From: Minutocellus sp. GHC0000111
Taxonomy: Eukaryota
Assembly (NCBI GenBank): GCA_977018835.1
Contig: OZ361256.1
Span: forward strand, 4,402,001 to 4,466,000
Direction of reading: 5' to 3'
Length of the DNA stretch: 64,000 nucleotides
Position 1 is the stretch's first letter. Each line of letters begins with the position of its first letter. Of this stretch, positions 58,139 to 64,000 are shown piece by piece. The notes below the pieces were generated by a model. That model did no database searches, had not been told where the DNA came from, and saw only the letters and a list, made by a program, of their open reading frames with translations. The position numbers and the translations under genes are program-made.

Positions 58139-60695
58139 GTAGTTTTCCAAAACACTCCACATAGGCGTACTTACACTCGCGCCACCCGCTCCCAGCCCTG
58201 AGTTTTTGCCAAACGGACCGCCAAGCGCCGGGAGTACCGTTCTCGACGATTTGTGGACCGAATTGCTTCATTCTTTCAACCAAACGTCTTTGTTGGGCCG
58301 TACGGTGGTGGCTGACACCTTGGTCCGGTCGCCGTAGCCCTTCTACACGTATTTTGCGACCCCACCGCCCCCCGGAGTGGACCCCGTCGGTACCACCCGC
58401 TGAGTTTGAGGTGAGTGGCCGGCCGAACGAGGCCTCAGATCTACCGCTGCGGTATGCAAATGTTTTCTCTGGGTATATTCCCGGTGTGTCCTGCGGCGGT
58501 CCGGGCGGAATCGGCCGAGAACTCATCGCGGACGGTCCAATCCTGAGTTCGCGTTTTGCCGCCGAATTTTCGGCCATCACCCTCCCTCCTTCCCAATGCC
58601 CCTACCATATCCCACACTGGTTGCCATCGGCCGTCTCCACCCCGTCAAGTCCTCTCGTTGGTGCTATAGTTTGGCTCTGCGAACGGTAAGTTGGGTTCCG
58701 AGGCGGCATGCATACGTAATCGTCGGTATGGCATGTCCGACACGTGATTTTTACCCCCCTTTTTGACCCCTCCCCGGAGGTCGGACCCGGCGGCGGAGGG
58801 TATAATGGGTCGGACGGTGGTGCTGCTACCGGCAGCAGCCTCCCTTGGGGTGTTGGTGAGGCAGTGGTGCGGCGGGTTGGCGTCGTTGGGGGCGTTGATG
58901 GGCCGTACAGAATGATTTCCTCAAACGCCTGATCGCTTCCGGTCCTGTTGCTGTGGTGTCGCTGCCGAGAAGAACGTCTCGTGATGGTCCATAAGAAGGT
59001 CGTAAATACTGGCCATGACCATTCAGAAGGTCGTAAATACTGGCCATGACCATTCCAAGTCAAGATCGAATACAGATGAATCGACGACGGCTCATTTGGT
59101 GAGCCATGGGAGTTGGAAGTTCTTTCGTGTAGCTACCAAACACTCTGGACGATTTTTCATTATTTCGTCCCATGCCCTCCGCAATGTTGATTGAGTATTC
59201 TGCATGGTCCATTGAGTTGGCCTATTAGGCCTGCTGCTAGCAATCATCAATACAATGGTAGGACGCGGCGGTTGGGATCGAATTGGCTGCTTGGAGGCCA
59301 AGATGGCGGCCCTCTTCTCAAAGGGGCGACCCCTGCAGCTGAAGCAGCTGACCGATGCCATGTGTTTGCCAACAAGGGCCTGTCCCATGAGCGCAATGGT
59401 CTTACATCCCAATTCTTCGTATCTACTTCGTCACCGGATGCATCAAATTGGGCTACTAGTAAGATAAGATCATCATCACAAGCGACGAGGTCAAATGCTG
59501 CGGAGGACATTGCTTTGGGGTTTGCAGGCTACGGCTGGCGAGAGCCACTGACGCCAGTTGCAGCTACAGGCAGTAATAATGATTGCATTTCCTTAACTTC
59601 AGATAAACCCTACTACGTAGCTAGCTAGGTAATCATGTCAACGGTAGGGTGGGCGAGGGAAGCATGAAGGGCTCCTTGCCACCCATGATTTGACGCGGTG
59701 GTTGACCTTCGTTTTTCGAGTTGATTTATCACAATACCCCGGGCACGACGTAGCTAAGAAAAGAGCCTCTACAACGACACCATTGCTCCCCACAGTGACA
59801 AAGGTATGCTTTTCTTTGTGCCACGGTAGTCCAAATTCTTAAATACATACATGGCTGGCGCTTCAGTGATTCCAGTCCTATTCCCACAAAAATTCCCACG
59901 CCGTCCGACCCGGATCAGGAGCAGAATGCGGCCCATCAACGCCCCCAACGACGCCAACCCGCCGCACCACTGCCTCACCAACACCCCAAGGGAGGCTGCT
60001 GCCGGTAGCAGCACCACCGTCCGACCCATTATACCCTCCGCCGCCGGGTCCGACCTCCGGGGAGGGGTCAAAAAGGGGGGTAAAAATCACGTGTCGGACA
60101 TGCCATACCGACGATTACGTATGCATGCCGCCTCGGAACCCAACTTACCGTTCGCAGAGCCAAACTATAGCACCAACGAGAGGACTTGACGGGGTGGAGA
60201 CGGCCGATGGCAACCAGTGTGGGATATGGTAGGGGCATTGGGAAGGAGGGTCGGTGATGGCCGAAAATTCGGCGGCAAAACGCGAACTCAGGATTGGACC
60301 GTCCGCGATGAGTTCTCGGCCGATTCCGCCCGGACCGCCGCAGGACACACCGGGAATATACCCAGAGAAAACATTTGCATACCGCAGCGGTAGATCTGAG
60401 GCCTCGTTCGGCCGGCCACTCACCTCAAACTCAGCGGGTGGTACCGACGGGGTCCACTCCGGGGGGCGGTGGGGTCGCAAAATACGTGTAGAAGGGCTAC
60501 GGCGACCGGACCAAGGTGTCAGCCACCACCGTACGGCCCAACAAAGACGTTTGGTTGAAAGAATGAAGCAATTCGGTCCACAAATCGTCGAGAACGGTAC
60601 TCCCGGCGCTTGGCGGTCCGTTTGGCAAAAACTCAGGGCTGGGAGCGGGTGGCGCGAGTGTAAGTACGCCTATGTGGAGTGTTTTGGAAAACTAC
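58139..60695. mobile_element. Foldback / long-TIR non-autonomous element, 767-bp arms around a 1023-bp core
   Basis: 58139..58905 is the reverse complement of 59929..60695. Mirrored ORF translations differ by one residue (AITLPP versus AITDPP). No transposase is recognisable. Confidence 0.85.
58994..59055. repeat. Perfect 31-bp tandem duplication inside the foldback core
   Basis: AGAAGGTCGTAAATACTGGCCATGACCATTC twice. Confidence 0.95.
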
Positions 60696-60848
60696 TGTAC
60701 TAGTACATGTACGTACGTTCTGATGTACGTACCAGACACGTGCGGAGTTTTCAGAGAGGCGACAGATGAGAGCCAGATGCCGCGCCGCCGTTATCGATAT
60801 GAAGGTATGGAATGTATCAAAACAAATTACAGATCTGAAAGATCTTAC

Positions 60849-62018
60849 TTACAACTTATTCAGCAAATCTTCATTCTCCGCCTTGTTCTTGTCGTCCCGT
60901 GGCGCTTCGTACAGGATGGCCCTCATCATGGACTTTCTCGCCTCGTCACGTTGGCCAAGCGCCTTTTGAGAGAGCGCAATGTATTTGTGCACTCCTGGGA
61001 AATGTCGATTCATTTCTAGGGCACCTTCTCCTAATCCAATGGATGCCTCGTAATTTCCAATCTCATAAAAGCAGCGGCAGAGGCCCATGATCACCTTCCG
61101 TTGACTGATGGGGTCTTGGTAGGGAAGGTCATCGTATATGTTCTTGTATATGCCGAGAGCCTGTTCCCACCGTTCTTCGTTCTGATAATGCGCCGACAGC
61201 ATTAACTGAGACTTGAAATCTTGCTTACCGGCCAGCTGAGCCGCCATGGCAATTCCGGCCACCATTTCCTTGCTCATCTCACCGTCGCCGGTCTCAATAA
61301 AATCACGACGCAATTCTCTCACGTCCATGCAGGGCGTCTCGACGGCATGGGTGCGTTTGTGCCTCTCCCTGCATTCGCTGGAGCAGTAAAACGCCATGAG
61401 ACAACGTTGGCACTGGAAGGCGGGATGACCAACAACCCCCCCGCACTCTGCATCGCATGAGATAGAGGCTTCGCTGATTCGAAAGGTATACGGGGATCCT
61501 TCACTTCCTTCGTCATCAGCAGAACTTGCAGCGGTACTGGCAGCAGCACGTGGAGGGGCACTAATTTCTCCCTCCTCACCCTCGGCCTCCGATGCGATGC
61601 AGTTCTTGCAACGTCTAATGCCCCCCTTTTCCTTCCCCTTCCTCCACTGGTTGTTGCTGAACTCCTCCCTCCTCTTCAAAAGACCACAGCCGCTGCATCC
61701 CGACGATGCCTTCTCCTTTTTCCGGTAGCCCCGCCCGGTGTGCACGCGGGGATTGGCGAATATGGCTTCCAACTCCTCCACTGACGTATAGGCACAGGCC
61801 CGCCACATCTCGTTGTAGCCCCGGGTGGGATGGGCCACCTTGGTCATGACACCGGCGGTGGTGTAAAAGACGTTGATGAGGGTGGGGTAGTCGGACGAGG
61901 AGCCGGTGCCTTGAACGCACTCGAAGAAGAGGGTCGAAGATGCCTCGGGACGGCGCTCGGCGTAGCCGTACTCTGCGGCCAGGGAAATGATTACTTCTGG
62001 GGAGACGACGGGCGGCAT
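60849..62018 (-). CDS. Protein with Stc1-like Zn module, MYND finger and TPR repeats
   Basis: CSGC...EEFSNNQWRK...RCKNC; CQRCLMAFYCSSECRERHKRTH (MYND); C-terminal TPR-like helices. Confidence 0.72.
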   Translation of the reverse strand: MPPVVSPEVIISLAAEYGYAERRPEASSTLFFECVQGTGSSSDYPTLINVFYTTAGVMTKVAHPTRGYNEMWRACAYTSVEELEAIFANPRVHTGRGYRKKEKASSGCSGCGLLKRREEFSNNQWRKGKEKGGIRRCKNCIASEAEGEEGEISAPPRAAASTAASSADDEGSEGSPYTFRISEASISCDAECGGVVGHPAFQCQRCLMAFYCSSECRERHKRTHAVETPCMDVRELRRDFIETGDGEMSKEMVAGIAMAAQLAGKQDFKSQLMLSAHYQNEERWEQALGIYKNIYDDLPYQDPISQRKVIMGLCRCFYEIGNYEASIGLGEGALEMNRHFPGVHKYIALSQKALGQRDEARKSMMRAILYEAPRDDKNKAENEDLLNKL

Positions 62019-62348
62019 GGCTCTTGAATACCAGGTACCTAGGTACATGTATTGGTTACTCGTCGTTGGTACATTCAACTTGCTTGGCGGATGTCGAGCG
62101 AAGGACAGACAAGCTTGCTTGGCTGGCCTGCTTCTTGCTTGCTTCGCGATTGCACATCATGTGCTTGAAGGCAAGATACCTAGGTATGTTGAGAGGACAA
62201 GCAGCGCCTTGACTACACACTTATTGTCTATCTTATTATTACCGCAATATTTGTGAAATTCACCGGCTGAGCGTATCTTTGTCTTGCTCAGCGCTCTCTG
62301 TGACTGCATGCAGCAGCTGTGACCGAGCGAAGAAAAAAAAATTGCAAA

Positions 62349-63089
62349 ATGACCACAACCCACGCCGACAGCAGCAGCCGCCACCGGCCAAAGGGCGTGC
62401 GTGCTCGGCAGATCACGCATCACATCCGCAAGGAGGAGCAGCTCAACCTGGCCTACGGACATCTCAAGGAGGAGGACTGCCCGACAATATCCGAGGCATT
62501 AGGCAAAACTCGTCGCCTGACCCTCCTCGATCTGCGAGGTAATGACCGCGTCGGTGATGGCGGTGCCAAGCTGCTGGCGGAGGGATTGCGTACCAATCGA
62601 ACGGTAACGACGGTGGATCTGAGCGATTGCCACATTGGTGACGAAGGGTTGGGATATTTATGCGAGGCGCTGAAGGTGAACAAGACTCTGCATACACTCT
62701 TATTGGGTCTCAATCCGGACATATCACATGTCGGTGCCGCAAAGCTCGGCGAGGCACTCCATCATAACAAGACTCTACGAGCAGTGAGTTTGTACCGATG
62801 CAACATCGGCGACGAGGGCGCAGCACATCTTGCGCAGGCACTCGAGCATAACTCAACATTGGAATCACTCACGTTGTTCAACAACAACATCGGGAACGAT
62901 GGAGGCCAGAAGCTTTTGGACTCAATGAATCAGAACGATATGCTCCAAAAATTAGAGCTGCGATGCAATCCGATAGAGAATGGAATGCTGGAACAGATTG
63001 CAAGGATGGTTCAGTTGAACAAGGATAGCAAATCAGCGAAAGAAGAAAAATCAAAGGAAGGAGGAGGTGGTGGGGCGGTTGGGCAATAA
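62349..63089 (+). CDS. Ribonuclease-inhibitor-like leucine-rich repeat protein
   Basis: Repeats of LxxNxxLxxLxLxxxxIGDEGAxxL, about 28 aa each. Confidence 0.9.
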   Translation: MTTTHADSSSRHRPKGVRARQITHHIRKEEQLNLAYGHLKEEDCPTISEALGKTRRLTLLDLRGNDRVGDGGAKLLAEGLRTNRTVTTVDLSDCHIGDEGLGYLCEALKVNKTLHTLLLGLNPDISHVGAAKLGEALHHNKTLRAVSLYRCNIGDEGAAHLAQALEHNSTLESLTLFNNNIGNDGGQKLLDSMNQNDMLQKLELRCNPIENGMLEQIARMVQLNKDSKSAKEEKSKEGGGGGAVGQ

Positions 63090-63275
63090 AGAATGCGAAG
63101 AGGAGGTGCAGTTGCGACAGCAGCGTGGAGTTGCACTTACTCGTAGTGTCGGTACGAATAGAGGCCAGCCCCCCCAAAACGTGGAAGACATCTGTGGTCT
63201 CAAGTACATTTTTCTGTCCTCCTACTGTTCCATTTAACTCCGTGTTAAGTACTCGCCCGATGCCCTACCGTCCCG

Positions 63276-64000
63276 ATGCCTACCCAACATTTCAAGACCG
63301 TCGTTAATTCATCAACGATCGAGCGCGCAGGGATGAAGATGCGACCGAATGAAGAAGCCATTCTTAACAAGTTTCCAGAAGGAAGCACACTTGATACGAT
63401 TGTGAAAAGGGTTCGGGAGTTCTTTGAGAATAATAGAAACCGCAAATTGGCTTCTTTTGTCCAATCCCTTGGCTTTGATCGGTCCCATCCGAAGTTTGGA
63501 TCCTTCGAAGTCATTATCAGCGCTATCAAATTGTGTCTGTCCAACTCCTCCCACGTCACGAAGACATCTGCTATCAGCGACATGATGAAAGATGCTGTCC
63601 TGAGAGAAGTGCAGCGCTGCTTAGCACAGGTCGTAGTCAGTTCTAGAATTGCTATTTACTGGCCGCAAGATAAGGAATATTACCGAGGCACAATCATTGC
63701 TAGACAAGGAGATCCGCCGCATTCATACGTACTTTTTTACGACGACGGCGAGAAGGAGACTATTGATTTGAGTAATCATGAGTTCAAGATCCTAAATGAT
63801 GCCCTACCGGAGGCTGCTAAAGCTGCTATAGCCCGACCAGCACGTTCCGATTCCACGAATGAGGAATCTGCTCGTTCTGCCGCTCGTCATAGCACCGTGA
63901 GTGCCGCGCCCCCTCCCATGAGAATCACCCCCGACCTAGTCGAAAAAGGATGGTATCAGAAGAGCTTGCCCAATCTCGGTCTTGTTTTTATTCGCCCAGA
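63276..64000 (+). CDS. Tudor-like domain protein, 5' part (runs off the window; absent from the ORF track)
   Basis: Hand translation from ATG 63276 is open to the window end and contains RIAIYWPQDKEYYRGTI...YVLFYDDGEKETIDL. Confidence 0.7.
   Translation, partial: MPTQHFKTVVNSSTIERAGMKMRPNEEAILNKFPEGSTLDTIVKRVREFFENNRNRKLASFVQSLGFDRSHPKFGSFEVIISAIKLCLSNSSHVTKTSAISDMMKDAVLREVQRCLAQVVVSSRIAIYWPQDKEYYRGTIIARQGDPPHSYVLFYDDGEKETIDLSNHEFKILNDALPEAAKAAIARPARSDSTNEESARSAARHSTVSAAPPPMRITPDLVEKGWYQKSLPNLGLVFIRP

Noticed and set aside
58139..60696. Polinton/Maverick assignment from an AGTAGT-like right terminus
   Set aside because: The left end reads CGTAGT, there is no 6-bp TSD, and no polymerase, integrase or capsid sequence is present.
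57996..60703. Duplicated ORFs 57996..58580 and 60254..60703 as genes
   Set aside because: They lie within the inverted arms, lack any protein motif, and diverge exactly at the repeat boundary.
91..64000. Genome-wide ciliate-type code (TAA/TAG = Gln)
   Set aside because: Many genes end normally in TAA or TAG, Gln-rich tracts use CAA/CAG, internal stops occur only about once per affected gene, and they coexist with frameshifts.

Overview
Gene-dense eukaryotic nuclear DNA with short GT-AG introns, most likely from a diatom (inferred from DUF6824-like, HA, signal-peptide SET and RXL-motif proteins). It holds about 28 protein-coding loci: SulP/STAS/cNMP transporter, DUF6824-STAND-TPR protein, SWIM finger, class IV sirtuin, GT14, secreted PLA2, CRAL-TRIO, EF-hand/LRAT-like, cytochrome b561, FG-GAP membrane protein, GT32, microbial-type PARG, dynactin p150, SMS-like, ATG18, RXL/POMP-repeat secreted protein, SRR1, PDZ-AP2-HA multidomain protein, ankyrin, BTB, CNNM, F-box, tepsin, ADP-ribosylglycohydrolase, SET, MYND-TPR, LRR and Tudor. 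Two non-autonomous inverted-repeat elements are present: a 750-bp MITE built from 20-bp palindromes, and a 2.56-kb foldback element with 767-bp arms. The strongest window-wide signal is that about half the genes are interrupted. There are seven single in-frame stops, about a dozen frameshifts or small deletions, a microsatellite in place of a catalytic core, an apparent gene-fusing deletion and several fresh tandem duplications. This could be a genuinely decaying haplotype or subgenome, stop recoding or editing, or an error-prone assembly; the sequence alone cannot decide. No rRNA, tRNA or CRISPR array was recognised. All domain calls are by eye, with no database search.
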